From Calcarisporiella thermophila CBS 279.70 (taxonomy: Eukaryota; Fungi; Calcarisporiellomycota), in assembly GCF_041956535.1 (NCBI RefSeq), contig NW_027192215.1:365179-429178 (forward strand): DNA of 64,000 nt, read 5' to 3'. Shown in pieces: positions 26,263 through 40,083 of this stretch. The notes under the pieces were generated by a model. That model did no database searches. It saw only the letters and a program-made list of their open reading frames with translations, and was not told the DNA's origin. Both the position numbers and the translations under genes were made by a program. Each line of letters starts with the position of its first letter. The stretch's first letter is position 1.

Positions 26263-27583
26263 CCAATTGACTATGGCCGAGCTTCAGACCGACCTTTTTC
26301 TTAGGGATTTTTATTACCTTTTAGAAAATTTATTAAGTATTATTATTTCTTTAATTGGACATTTGTTTTACTCGCATCTAAATCTTTCTTTTCTTGCAAG
26401 CTTTGGCCTCAAATGGCTTTTGATTTGTGACTCTAGTCTCCCTATTTGAAGGTATTCTATTCGCTGTAAGCCCCTCTTACTCGATCGCTAATATACCCGG
26501 CCTACTTGTTCTCATTCAATATTACGGGAAATCTACACTGTTCGCCCTTAGGTTAGGCTGCAGTCGAATTTATCGCCTTGCAACTTATTGATCAAGCAGG
26601 CGCCACCGTGCTCGCAATTCAGTTGATCACGGGATTAATAATCGGATTAGTGCTTTAAAAAGATGAGCTCATCTAACGAGAACAAGATAGCCTATTCAGT
26701 ACCTAAATAATGCATCTTGCTCAATTCTATCAAAAGAACAGTAGGGGTTGGGTTAGAGTAGATGGTTTATTTGGGGCTTTTGCGTAAATTTGAAGTTCTC
26801 GTGAAAGAGTCAAAAAAGGGATAAACAAAGTGAATTAGTTCAATGTATCCTGCATTCCCACTCTATTTACTTGGAGATATCGGCTGACACATCAAGTTTT
26901 ATTATTTTCAGCCTTGAAACACCAGAGGATTTCTGTGGGAAATCGAGTGATGCAGCGCAGATCTCCTAATTCAACATAGATGGGAGCTTATGCAGAGCTG
27001 CATTATAACCACTGAAATACATTTGAAAGAGGCATGTATGAACACACAAATTAGCTGAATGTTTCTGCAAGTCGTCGAGGTATGTAATTATTCTTAGAGC
27101 CCTCTAGGCAATAAAAAACACCGTCAATAGTCACGAGAGACAAATTGTCAAAACACTGATGAAAAGTGTAAGCCCTCACCGAGAACGGTGGGCCCATCTT
27201 TACCCCCAATTAGGGCGATAAAGATATGATCCTTGCTTTGTACTCGGTATATGAGTCGCTCATTATGACAGCAGATATGCATATATCTATAAGAGCACTA
27301 GTCTAATTTTTTCGAAAATTTAAGGTTCGTTGAATTCTAGAATGTTTTTTAAGCCACGACCTATTATCTGCCAAGGATTTTCTACCGTTGACTTTGGAAC
27401 GTGTTAGGGTTATTTTACGCGTCTTTGATCCGATACCTTACGCGTTTATTGCTTATTTTTCTAGCTATTTTCAAAAATAAAGATACCTGCATTGTTTGCG
27501 AGCATAGTTTGTAGCTCTTATCCCAGCACTCTATTTATTCTCCTTCGTCTATTTATTCTCTACCAGCAACTACGATTCCATAT

Positions 27584-29009
27584 ATGACAACACCAACCAC
27601 TCAGAATTACGTACTCCCACCGACCTCCCAACCTCTCCTCTATTCTCCCTACACCGTACAGTCTTCCGCTCCTCTTTCTGCTCCTCAAATTATATATGCG
27701 TCTCCTTCTCCACAGATATCATCACCATCCCAACAACAGCAAGTGACATACACTCTTGCTCAGCCGTTACAGACGCATCCGCAGCAGCCAACCACTCAAA
27801 CACTCGTTCAGGGACAGCCGCTGGTAGCTATCCTATCCCCAGGAAATGGGCAACCGCAATCGTGGATGAATTCGGAGCCTATTCAGACGGTTACCCCGGA
27901 CATTAGCGATACTGAGGTATTTTCGAATCATTCATCGCTGACAAAGCGAGCTGCTCATAGCAATTTGCTCTTTCTTTAGAAAATTCTATGGGAAGGAACG
28001 ACATGGCCAAACGGTTGTTTCTCGCCTATTTGTTGCTCGTCGGGTAAGCTCTTGGATTTTATATGTTTAATCTCATTCTGATTGGATTGAATTGCGCTTA
28101 GTAAAGTGGAAATTGACGGAGAAAAAAATCGAGTTCAACACCGGCTGTTGTTTTGGTGACTATGATTGCCTGGTAACTTGTTTCTATATCGAACTGGGCG
28201 AGAAATACCGTTAGTTGATTAGTCTAATGGCCAAGTAGGAGCTGGAGTATATATCCGATATTAAGTACGAGCGCTCTTTCCTGCAAATGCTTGCGGGGCG
28301 GGGGACGATAAAGGTGTTTATGGAGTAAGTTAGCTCGCAATATTCAAGCTTTTGACTGGCTATTCTAATTTTTTTTTATTTTCACTTGTTCAGAGAGCAT
28401 GCGGATCCAGTTATGGAGATCAGTGGTAGACATTTCAAAGAGCTCTTCTACAAGCTCCAAGCGGCATGGCGCGAAATCCGACAGCCATTCTTGGAAAAGC
28501 GTGCTGTCGAGGAGCAGAAACTCCTAGCTCAGAAGCAATTGCAACAACAGCAACAGCAACAGCAACAGCAGCTTCAACTACAAACCCAGCTGCAGTTGCA
28601 AATGCACCTCCAGGCGCAAGCTCAGGCGCAGGCGCAGGCGCAGGCACAAGTCCAAGCCCAGGCAATGCAACAGCAGTTGATGTTGGCCGAGATCTCGCGC
28701 ATGCAGCAGGGTTATTACCAAACCTCTAGTCCTTACAGCGGAGGTATGTTGCAGCCGGATTACTTCTCCAAAGCTGGGCCCAGAGGTCACGAAGAGGAAG
28801 AAACGGAGGAGGAAGAAAGTGAAGAGGAGTGTATGAATAGAAAGGGAAGGTATTTGGAAGAGGACGAGCACGAAGAAGAAGAAGATGAAGATGAAGAGGA
28901 GGAGGAGGAGGAGGAGGAGAGCGAAATTGAACGTTATACAGCTAAGAGGAGCTCGGCAAGAAGAGAGAGTGCGCATTCAAACCACTCCTCAAGGAGTAGA
29001 AGAAGATGA
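27584..29009 (+). CDS. Uncharacterised protein: P/Q/S-rich N-terminus, bPH_2/DUF304-like domain, polyQ/(QA)n and polyE tail; 5 exons
   Basis: GT-AG introns join KILWEGTTWPNGCFSPICCSS-VKWKLTEKKIEFNTGCCFGDYDCL-ELEYISDIKYERSFLQMLAGRGTIKVFME-EHADPVMEI...ELFYKLQAAW in frame. The domain call is by motif recall only. Confidence 0.75.
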
Positions 29010-29576
29010 CCAGCGATCCACTGCGGATCCAATTCTGATTCGAGCGCTTAATCTTGCTTAAACTGTATATCCCGTGACTGATACTTATATCCCACTTATA
29101 TCCTTCGTTCTATACGAACCTTACTAGGGCTCTTAGGTTTTGTTTAAACTTGTTTATTCGATCTGTGTATGCGTCTAAATGGCATTTCTCTCTTGTGCAT
29201 CTGGCTAAGACGGGAGGGCATGCTCCCCAATGAGACTTATGGCTCAGACCCTTCTCTTCCTTCTGAAAACCTCCGTATTTGCATGGAATGGAACGTTAAT
29301 CCGAGTGCAGATACTCTTTTAATATATTTCAAAAAGGAGATTAAAAATTCAGAAAATAGAACAAGGTTTTTTCCCAGCTTTTCTAGGGAGGAAGCTTAAA
29401 ACGGAGCGCGCTTTCCTTACGCTGGCCCCCCTTTTTACAGGCCAGAAAAGGCTCCAGCACCGCAGCCTTGTCTTTCTCTCTTCCTCTCTCTCTGATTTCA
29501 CGCGACTGTTTCTCCTCGTCTTGTTCATTTTCACACAAGCTCAAGCCCATCACCGCTCAGAATCGTCCAAGCTAGA

Positions 29577-29759
29577 ATGGCACCCGTCACCGAAGTGGGT
29601 TGGATTGTTACTCAGCTTTGCCGCTGCGGTCGCAACTGGCCTTGTAAGTTTGAGCATCACGAGGGGCATCTGATGTACCAGTGCCTTGTGTGTGAGGTGT
29701 GTGCAGGGGCTTTCCCCGCCCATAGAAATGAATGTCGGCTGCGTGAATTTGCAAAATAA
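29577..29759 (+). CDS. Putative 60-aa Cys/His-rich microprotein
   Basis: Good start context (AGAATGG), a pyrimidine-rich leader, 7 Cys and 4 His, and a GC-rich body followed by an AT-rich 3' region. Confidence 0.45.
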   Translation: MAPVTEVGWIVTQLCRCGRNWPCKFEHHEGHLMYQCLVCEVCAGAFPAHRNECRLREFAK

Positions 29760-30086
29760 CACGCACGAACATATTCTTTATTCAATTGGCCTCAGTGCCT
29801 TTTCACAAGCCTTTTTTTTTTTGCCATAATCCGTCTTTGCTCTTTTGTTTTGTTTGCTGTCGTAAGTTTTATTTTCTTGCCTCGCCCCCGCTCTCCTCCC
29901 TCTCCCGAATTGCGACTCCGGCAGGGAAATCGATAGTAGCGGATAGAAAATGACATGTCTATTATTTTAATAACAACAATATATAACTCAGTAAGTTGTA
30001 GATATAATATTATATAGAGATGGCACATGTAAATATGTCTTCAGAGAAAGCAAAATAAGTCGAATAAGTCTGATGATATAAGCTTG

Positions 30087-31556
30087 TTAGTATTGCATCA
30101 CTTGATCCACATCCTCTCGCACCGGTTTTACATCGCCCAATACTTCCTCCACGGTCCCGCGTTTGTATCGCTTTCCTAGTGCAAGCGATAGAGTAACCGC
30201 GTCGATGGCCCGATGAAGGGTGCGGCGCGCATTGAAGTTGCGCTGAACATTGGGCAGTAGATTTGCACTCGGAATGGGCACGTTTGTTTGTGGAGCAGCG
30301 AGCCAAGGATGTACGAGCGCTTCGTGGGCGGTCATGCGATTTGTCGGATCCACCGTCAAAAACCGTGTTATGAAGTCTTTTGCTGTTGAGGGTAGAAAGA
30401 AGGCCACATTGATTAGAATCGGGCAGGAGCAGAAGTCGAACGGCAAGCTAACCTTCTTCAGAGATGCCTTCCCAATACAACGGTTCAAAGACGTATTCAG
30501 CATTCAGAATGGCAGTGAGCTCGTCTTGACTATTTTGCCGCTCGAATGGTGGCTCCCCGCATAGCAGAAAGTATGTGATGCAGCCGATTGCCCAGCAGTC
30601 TCTAGCATTTCGTGGTATAGAAATAATGAAAATTGAGAGATGGCGCCATGCATACAGCGAGAACTTACACCGGTTTTCCGTGCCCTATTTTCTTAAACAC
30701 CTCTGGTGCCTATAAGAATAAAAATAAAGAGAACCGATAAGGTCGCCTCTATGGCCAATGCAGGTATAAGGCGAAGTACGAACCATGTAGGCTGGAGTCC
30801 CGCATGTTGTTGTTAGGATTTGGAATTTTTCAGAGTCAATAATCCGTGAAAGGCCGAAATCGGCTATAAGCAGGTCGCTGTCCTCTGCTTTTGTGCGAAA
30901 AAGGAGGTTCTCGGGCTAGTTGTAATGGCCGCAAACCATCCACTTGTTAATGCGAGGAAGTAAGCGGAGAGAAAGAAAACAAAAACAAGTACCTTTAAAT
31001 CTCTATGCACGACGCCATTGTCGTGAAGATAAGCAACTCCCTCGCATATGGAACGCACCAAATTCGCAGCGTCTTTCTCGAAAAAGCTACCCTGCTGACA
31101 TATACGTTCGAAAAGCTCTCCTCCTTGCGCAAGCTCGGTTACGAGGTACACTACAATTATCATTTGCCGATATAAATAAAGTTAACAGCACAAATGGGGA
31201 TTGGGGAAATCCCACTGCGGATCCACTCACAATTGTTCATTGTTTCAAAGAAATCTACCATTGTCAGCACATTGCGATGGTGGCGGGAGATTTGGCTTAG
31301 AATTAATATCTCGTTCTTTATTAGATGCTCCCTGCCCTTCATCAGATTTTTGTTGATAATCTTAACCGCGTAAGCAGCACCTGTTGTGATGTGGAATGCC
31401 TCTAGCAATATAGTAAAAGAAAAATAATGGGGACAATGCCAAATTAATAATGGGGATGGGTGGAAAATCACCTTTGACCTCAGCATACGTGCCACGGCCA
31501 AGGGTGCGACCGGTTTTATATTGGCATGGAACCATTACTACCCTTTGTTCTGTCAT
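30087..31556 (-). CDS. CMK1: Calcium/calmodulin-dependent protein kinase (CaMK1/Cmk1-like), multi-exon
   Basis: LGRGTYAEV, YAVKII, GGELFERIC, VVHRDLK-PENLLF, ADFGLS, TTCGTPAYM, DCWAIG, and a CaM-binding tail FNARRTLHRAIDAV. Confidence 0.92.
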
Positions 31557-31782
31557 TTTTGAATACTATGATTTAAGCGCAAGTTTCAAAAAAATTGAAG
31601 GCTTAAAATAAAATCATAGGGTTTTGAAACCTTTTTTATTCCTTGTCTAGATTGCGATCGTTGATCCATTTTATCGCGCGCATAAATAGAAAGGCTTTTA
31701 AGCATTTTTCCCGTTTGCTTCTCACTGCTGCTCTCTATTAAAGACCTTCTGTGCACACGCTCTCCATTGTGTTAGTTGAGCC

Positions 31783-34700
31783 ATGCCCGGTGGAGATCGC
31801 TCCATCGCACTCAAGATGTTACCCTTAGACCGTAGCAAGCAACGTTGGTCGGACTCGGAGGGCGATGATTCGCCCCTCATAGTTGACGTTGAAGATGTGA
31901 GCTTCTGCTTTCACTCGCTCTGTATGAGGCACCGTTCTTAACATTTTATTCGGGGATGTGTGAATTTTGTGTAGGAAGAGGCAATGACATCTTCATCTGC
32001 ACGTCCACGCCAACGCAGGCGCAGACGTATGTCCTTTATATCCCAGCTTCAGAGGCCAAAACGGGAAAAGGAAGCGAGGGTAATACCATTCGATGCATCT
32101 GGTAATAGAGCGTTTCCCTTATTTTGCTACTCTCATTTCCTGCTAAACTTCAAAATTTTAATTGAATTTAGCCAAGTTTAAAGCAAAGTTCTCTCCAAAT
32201 TTGATTCGCAACCAAAAGTACAGCCTTATTACATTCTTACCGCTTGTCTTTTATGAGCAAGTAAGGATCGCGATTTCTGCAATCTTTCGTGATTCGAGTT
32301 TTTGATTAGACACTTTCTATTCTTCTTAGTTTAAATTTTTCTTCAACCTCTACTTCCTCTTGGTGGCCTTGTCACAATTCGTCCCTGCTCTGAAAATTGG
32401 CTACCTCGTCACTTATTTCGGTCCACTCTGCTTTGTTTTACTCGTCACGATTGGAAAAGAGGCCTATGATGATTACAAGCGCTATCGTCGCGACCAGGAG
32501 GCAAATTCCCAGCTCTATGAAATGTTGACAGAGGAGGGCGTGGTGATGGTACCAAGCTCGAAGATACGGGTTGGAGATTTGATCGTCTTGAAGAAAGATC
32601 AAAGGGTAAGAGCGAATGTCCACTTACTATATGCTTTATAGGGAATTTATCAGTACCTCGTATATTGTTGCTAGGTTCCCGCTGACTTAATTCTATTACG
32701 TACCTCGGAGGCTAGCAGCTCTTGCTTTATTCGTACAGACCAACTTGACGGAGAAACTGATTGGAAGCTGCGGCTTGCCGTTCCATCCTGTCAAAAATTG
32801 CCGTCGGATGCAAGTCTGCTACAAATAAAAGCGGAAGTGCATGGTAATATTAACTAGTTTCCATTTCTTAGTTAAAATTGAATATCCATCTTGTTTATCA
32901 TTTATTAAGCCGAGGCCCCGCAAAAGGACATACACACCTTCACTGGTACCTTCACTCGACTACTCGTAGGCAACAGTGCCGCATCCCAAGCTGAGCCGCT
33001 AGGAGTAGAAAACACCCTCTGGACCAATACGGTTTTGGCGTCGGGAACTGCCGTGGGCTTTGTAATTTACACTGGCAAAGACACGAGAGCCGTCATGAAC
33101 ACAAACCAGCCCGAGACCAAGGTTGGATTACTAGACTGGGAAATCAATCGTCTTTCAAAGGTGAGTAAAGATCTGATTTATTCTACACTAAGAGTTTTCG
33201 GCCCCTTCTTTCTAATATGATCTCTTCTTTAACTAGATTTTGTTCATGGTTACGCTGAGTCTGTCATTTGTAATGGTTGCTTTGAGTGGGTTCCAAGGGA
33301 CATGGTATATTTACATATTTCGGTTTTTGATTCTCTTCTCTTCGATTATTCCAATCAGGTAAAGTTCTACAAATGCTCCCATCTCTTCCATAATTACTCC
33401 CCTAATCCACAAGCAATTTTTTTTTTGGCCATTAGTCTTCGCGTGAATCTGGACATGGGTAAAACTGTCTATAGTTACCAAATTATGCGGGACCGTGAAA
33501 TTGCCGGCACCATTGTTCGTACCTCGACCATTCCTGAGGAACTTGGTCGCATAGAGTATCTTCTATCGGACAAGACTGGCACACTGACCAAAAATGACAT
33601 GGAGCTAAAAAAATTGCATATGGGTACAATGAGCTATGGAGTGGATACCATGGACGAAATTTCCCAGCACTTAGAAACAGCTATTGAGCAACAGCACGGC
33701 CAAGGTGGGAAGCATAAGAGGGAGCGTGTGGGTGGTACAACGACTGTAGCCGTCGGAGGAGGTGCTGGGAGAGGACGGAGGGATATATCTTCGAGAGTTA
33801 AGGATATCGTCCAGGCATTGGCTCTTTGTCACAATGTAACACCCGTTATCGCAGAGGATGGAAGTTTGGGTTACCAAGCGTCCTCGCCTGATGAAGTTGC
33901 CATTGTCAAGTGGACTGAAACCATTGGTCTTACTCTCGTATATCGCGATCGACAAAAGATGCAAACACGAACACGAAATGGGGAGATGATGGAGTTTGAA
34001 ATTCTGCAAGTGTTCCCCTTCACTAGTGAGACGAAACGAATGGGGATTATTGTACGGGATATCCAAACGGGAGAAATCACTTTTTACGAAAAGGGGGCCG
34101 ACGTGGTTATGTCAAGGATTGTGCAGTATAATGATTGGTGAGTGCACCAATGGCATATTTGAAACTCATACCTAATGGGCTATTCTATTTTAGGCTGGAC
34201 GAAGAGTGCGGCAATATGGCTCGTGAGGGACTACGCACACTTGTTGTTGCTCGCAAGCGCCTTTCCGATGAGGCATATACCGAATTTGAAACTCGTTATA
34301 ACACCGCCCGGTTGGCATTGCATGATCGAAATGCGCAAACGCAGGCCGTAGTTGAACACTTGCTTGAGCAGGAGCTAGAGCTTCTGGGACTAATTGGGGT
34401 GGAAGACAAGTTGCAGGATGGAGTGAAAACAACCCTGGAGCTTCTAAGGAATGCAGGATTAAAGATATGGATGCTGACGGGAGATAAAGTTGAGACAGCA
34501 ACCTGTATAGCGCGGAGTTCAAAGCTGGTGACGAGAAATCAAATTATCCATACAGTTGCCAAATTGCGCTCACCGGTGTCCGCGGTGGATGAACTGGAAA
34601 CGCTAAGAACCATGGGCGACTGTTGTTTGGTTATCGACGGAGAATCAATACAGGTGATTAGGACACCTCCTAGACTTCCTGTTTTTATAATGCTTATTCT

Positions 34701-35865
34701 AACTTTCTTTTGCAAACCTCTAGCTTTATTTGGACCATTTGCGCGAGGAGTTCATTGAAATAGCGGTTATGCTTACGGTGGTGGTCTGCTGTCGCTGCTC
34801 TCCAACCCAAAAAGCGGATATCACCCGACTAATCAAACAATACACTGGAAAGCGTGTATGTGCAATTGGAGATGGTGGTAACGATGTTTCAATGATCCAA
34901 GCGGCCGATGTTGGCGTCGGTATTGTTGGCAAGGAAGGGAAACAAGCGTCACTGGCAGCAGATTTTTCTGTTTTACAATTCAGCCATCTAACAAAATTAT
35001 TGCGTACGTATACGTCATTTTTTTTTTTCTGCCTTTAGCCAAAAGTTGATTTTAACTTTTTGCTTGCATTTAGTTTGGCACGGTAGAAACTCCTACAAAC
35101 GCTCTGCTAAGCTCTCACAATTCGTCATCCACCGTGGTCTTATTATATCCATAATCCAGGCTGTCTTTTCCGCCATATTCTACTTCGCCCCCATTGCACT
35201 CTATCAGGGAATGCTTATGGTCGGATATGCAACCCTGTATACAATGGCGCCTGTATTTTCATTGGTGCTCGACCAGGATGTGAGCGCAGAGATCGCATTA
35301 TTATATCCAGAGCTCTACAAAGATCTAACCAAAGGGAGATCGCTCTCCTTCAAGACATTCTTCATGTGGTTAATGATTTCAGTCTATCAGGGTGGCGCGA
35401 TCATGGTTGTCTCCATTCTGCTCTTCGAGAATGAATTTATACATATCGTGTCGATTTCATTCACGGCCTTGATATTCAACGAGTTATTGATGGTCGCACT
35501 GGAAATCAACACATGGTAAACCAATATCCTAATTATGTGTCCATTGGTGGCTACATATTAATGGTCTTTTTCACCCATTACTCTAATAGGCATCGTTGGA
35601 TGGTTATCTCAGAAATTGCTACCGTTCTCTCATATATTGGGTCAATGGTCTTTTTGCCCACGTATTTCGGTATGTATATGTGGTTGGTTTTTTTTTTACT
35701 CGCGCATTAACTTGCTCCGCTCTTTGTGCAGATATGAATTTTATCCTCACCTGGCGCTTCGTCTGGAAAGTCGCCATTATCACCGCAGTAAGCAGTGTTC
35801 CTCTCTATGTGTGGAAATTCTTACGCCGGCGATATGCCCCTCCTAGCTACACAAAATTAACATGA
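31783..35865 (+). CDS. NEO1: P4-type ATPase phospholipid flippase, Neo1/ATP9 class, multi-exon
   Basis: [82 protein letters not shown] and C-terminal PPSYTKLT*. Confidence 0.96.
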
Positions 35866-36334
35866 TAGAAAAGCGCGTGTTTTCATTTTGTAATATAGTT
35901 TATTATCACTATTGTTTATGCACGGAATAATCATTATACTGTAACATCAAATGGAGTTCGAGTCATAATATTTTAGATGGGATCAATAGAGTAGAGAGGC
36001 TAGGATTAGTGTGGAGCCCCTATGCTTAGTTCAAAAATTGTTCAAAGGCATTCCATTAAAAGTGATGAGAACCGTTTTATGGTGCTGTTGAATAATTCAA
36101 GTCGGTAGCATTATAGCACAGTTGATTAACTACTGCAGAAAAATCGACACTGCACCAATTCTTGCATTTGAGATAGCGGAAGAAAATTTCCCAAAGGAAC
36201 ATTATAGGTACTCAGCATCACTAATTATCTCTGGCACAATAATAGATCCCGAAAATATTCAATATAGGACATCATCTCAAGTGTGAATAAATAGGGAAAA
36301 TAACTGTAGTGACCAATTGTGTTCCATTTCTTAA

Positions 36335-38628
36335 CTAGAGAGAGTATCCCTTTTTAACCTTCTCACATTTGGCGGGTAGTTTNNNNNNNNNNNNNNNNNN
36401 NNNNNNNNNNNNNNNNNNNNNNNNNNNNNNNNNNNNNNNNNNNNNNNNNNNNNNNNNNNNNNNNNNNNNNNNNNNNNNNNNNNNNNNNNNNNNNNNNNNN
36501 NNNNNNNNNNNNNNNNNNNNNNNNNNNNNNNNNNNNNNNNNNNNNNNNNNNNNNNNNNNNNNNNNNNNNNNNNNNNNNNNNNNNNNNNNNNNNNNNNNNN
36601 NNNNNNNNNNNNNNNNNNNNNNNNNNNNNNNNNNNNNNNNNNNNNNNNNNNNNNNNNNNNNNNNNNNNNNNNNNNNNNNNNNNNNNNNNNNNNNNNNNNN
36701 NNNNNNNNNNNNNNNNNNNNNNNNNNNNNNNNNNNNNNNNNNNNNNNNNNNNNNNNNNNNNNNNNNNNNNNNNNNNNNNNNNNNNNNNNTAAACCGAACC
36801 TTTTGGATGCGGTCCTTCATATCCAGGTTCATCCATGGTGCCATATGTCTCTGGGTTGGTCGTTTTGCTTGTAGAGTAGAGGTAATTGTGAATATTTTCT
36901 CCATAAGCGTAACTTCCCATTGAGAACTCGGCATTACGATTGTGATTGGATTTGACTCGTAATATAGTTGCAAAAAAGTCCCCCCAGCCTTCTCCCATCC
37001 CTTAGTAGGCGAGAAAGTATAGTTAAAAAATTATATAAAATAAACGAGGCATTGTTCTTTTCCAAAGAAAAACAAAACCTTCAGCTTCACCCCATGACAG
37101 GCAGTTTGCATTGTTGGGGCCTCCTGTGAGACGAGTGCTGATGCCGTGAGAATACTCATGAACAATAATGCCAGAGTCCAAATCGCCATCCCGTCTGGGA
37201 TTCGCGGAAGTCCACAAAAACATTTGGATAGTGGGTTTCTGGCCATCAGGAGTTGTCCAGAAGTAGGCATTATTGGTTTCACTTCCGTCTTGAGCAAAGG
37301 CAATCACTGCATCACTTGCTTTACCTCCCTTTCCGAAATTATCTTCTTGGAAATTTCCAGCAACCTGAATGGGTTTAAGAAAAATGAAAAGGAACTAAAT
37401 TCTGGCAAACGCCATCATAAATTCACGAGAAACTAACCTCATTGAATCCATAGCGGTAAAACAGGTCGTGCATCTATTGAAAATATATTGGGTCAATACT
37501 GTGCTCTTCAATCATAATAGTGATATTATTACACACTGTGTTAGTCCAATAAAACAAATTCGTGATCGAGGCATTGAGATAGGTCTTTGGTACTTTGGTG
37601 AGATCCAGCGGAAAGTCGAACACCTTATTCTCTCCCCCAGACGGCCGGAATTTGTCCTGCCATTTCTGTAGGTTAGTGTCGCCCCTTAAATTCTCCTGAG
37701 CATAAACATTGTTGCTCAGTGTGGCTCTGGAATTCTGTGAGTTGCCAGGAAGATGCCAGCCGTTTGGTGATGCGATTTTGTCATGGGGGTCCACGAGTAA
37801 GCTTCGTGACCCCTCAGATGGATCATTTACACCAAGTGGAAAGACCTGATAGACAGCTTCATTAACCCAATCCACCATCGAGATAACATCCCCATTTTGT
37901 GAATCAACATATGCATGAAACCAGTTCAACTTCATTTTTACATCAAGTTCCCAGACAGTATGCAGGCGACGGCCGTTATCTGTGTGCATCAAGACTTTTC
38001 GCACTGGAACCCTGTTGGAGGTAGAAAAAGGGACATTGGAGAGCAATATGGGCCCATTGCCTCGAAGTGCCTCGCCTTCTTCGACCTTGATGCTTTTTGG
38101 ATCGGGAATGTCCAAATTAAGATGTTTCGCAAACGATAGAAGGGCCTGCTTTGGATCAATAATGGGTGCCTTCGGAGCACGGCGACTTAGTTTGTCATTT
38201 GTTTTGGCACCATCCTCAGCTTTTTGAGTAGATTCGCGGTAGAAGGAATTGCCGTAAGAAATAATCTTATTTTTCTTGTCGACATTAATGTTAATGTCTC
38301 CGTTCACCACCTCGAGTCCATCTATGACTTGTCGCAGATAAATGTGCGTAATCCCAGTAATATCGGTGCGATAAGCATCTTTTACCTCGAATTTGGAGCT
38401 GGTCAAGTGCTCACGCGCAAACTGAGTTGCAACAGATTGAGGAGTAGATTTCAGCAGTGTTGCTTGAGAGTTTTGCTGGGACAACTTCAGATCATCGGTC
38501 GTGTAGTTAGTGAAATTGGATAGGTCAGGGCCGAAACTCTTATTGCGAAAGCGACCCAAATTTTTCTCGGCCGAGTAAGCCAAAGACACAAATGAAGCCA
38601 AAAAGAGGGAATTATATATATTTTTCAT
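36335..38628 (-). CDS. Fungalysin (M36) metallopeptidase, copy A; 3' part in assembly gap
   Basis: Signal peptide, FTP propeptide ([22 protein letters not shown]), [38 protein letters not shown]; C-terminus KLPAKC. Gap at 36383-36789. Confidence 0.93.
36383..36789. other. Assembly gap (407 N) inside fungalysin A; further gaps at 41302-41985, 50875-50894 and 53378-54180
   Basis: Runs of N. ORF-track entries spanning them are artefacts. Confidence 0.99.
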
Positions 38629-40083
38629 CGTTGTTTATTGGGTTGTGTAGTAAGATAGGTTAAGGAGCGTAGGAGTCTGTGAAATTATATAAATAAGGGG
38701 TAAGATAGTGAAAGAGGTAGGAGAACGATATTTGAGAATTTATATATGTCAAGAGCAAACACAATTAGATAATAATGTGATCAAACACATCCCTTATGGC
38801 GATATTATAGTTGAAGTGATTTTCATTGAGTATTAGTCACAGACGATCCCTCGACGTTCACGGGAAGTGACAAATAATCTAAGCACTCATTCTTCGGCAT
38901 CTCCATTTCGATATACTGTTGCAGAGTTCAAAAAAATGATCAGAAACATCTCAGTTTACGACCTTGCACCAGAGAATTCGTTTGCTTGTCAACAACTTCA
39001 TCAAACCTCCACGTTTCCCTGATGCGCGAAGAGATAATTGTTGAATTGAACGATATTAATATGCACATAATTTAATGGTTAGCGAAGTAAGGGTTTATTT
39101 TTGCACACGATTCTGTAAAATTGTTCAATTTTGATGTGTTCATATTAGACATCTTTTATGTAATATCGCTTGTTTTCAGAAATAATGCGACACAATTAAT
39201 ACTAGATCATAATACTTGCATCACCTAAGAGTTTGATATTTTTGTGAAGCTCTTGTATGATGAAATTTGCTAATACTGTTGATATTCCTAGTATTGTGCT
39301 CGTCAGCTGAGGTGTGCAACAAACGACATTGAAGAAGGCAGCGAACCTAAATATTGTATTCCAATCCAATTTTGAAAATTAGAATTGTGATCTCCAGAGC
39401 ACCATATGAATCACAGTTGTGTCAAATTTACAATATAATGTCCGCAACGAATTCTACAATTAAGCTCAAGCGATTGGCATAAGTTGACACTGCCAAATTA
39501 TCTTATTGCAATCAGTGAAATCCTTGTTTTACTAAGGCAAATGCACCGGAGCTTAAAGAAGCTCTATTATTAGGGGCAATGTTTGAGTGAGTTTTGGATT
39601 AATTATAAAATAGTTAACCGTTTTCTATTCTTCTATTATAATAGCTAATATATTAAAAATTTTATATAGAAATAGCAAACAAATACAGTACATCAAATCT
39701 TTAACAGTACACCTTGACCTGATTGCCAATTTTGTAGTCCGCCCTCTAGCTTTTACCAACTGAATATATTATTATTAATCAAATATGCAAAAAGGAACAC
39801 ATTTGATATGATCGTCAGTTACCTATTCCAAATAATTCTTTCCTAATTCATCTCGTCTCGCCCACTAATACATCCGTTTGTTATCACAAAATGTTGATAT
39901 ATCCTGGGGAAAGCTTTGAAATTAGCCCCATGTGATTAATTTTATCGGGGATAATTATGATGTCGTGAATAGATTAAAATTGAGTGCCTTAACGTATCAT
40001 TAATTTAGGACGTTTCCCCTGTTTACGCTTTTAAACTCTCCAAACTTCTTAAAATCCTGAAAACTCCTACGATATCACTCACT

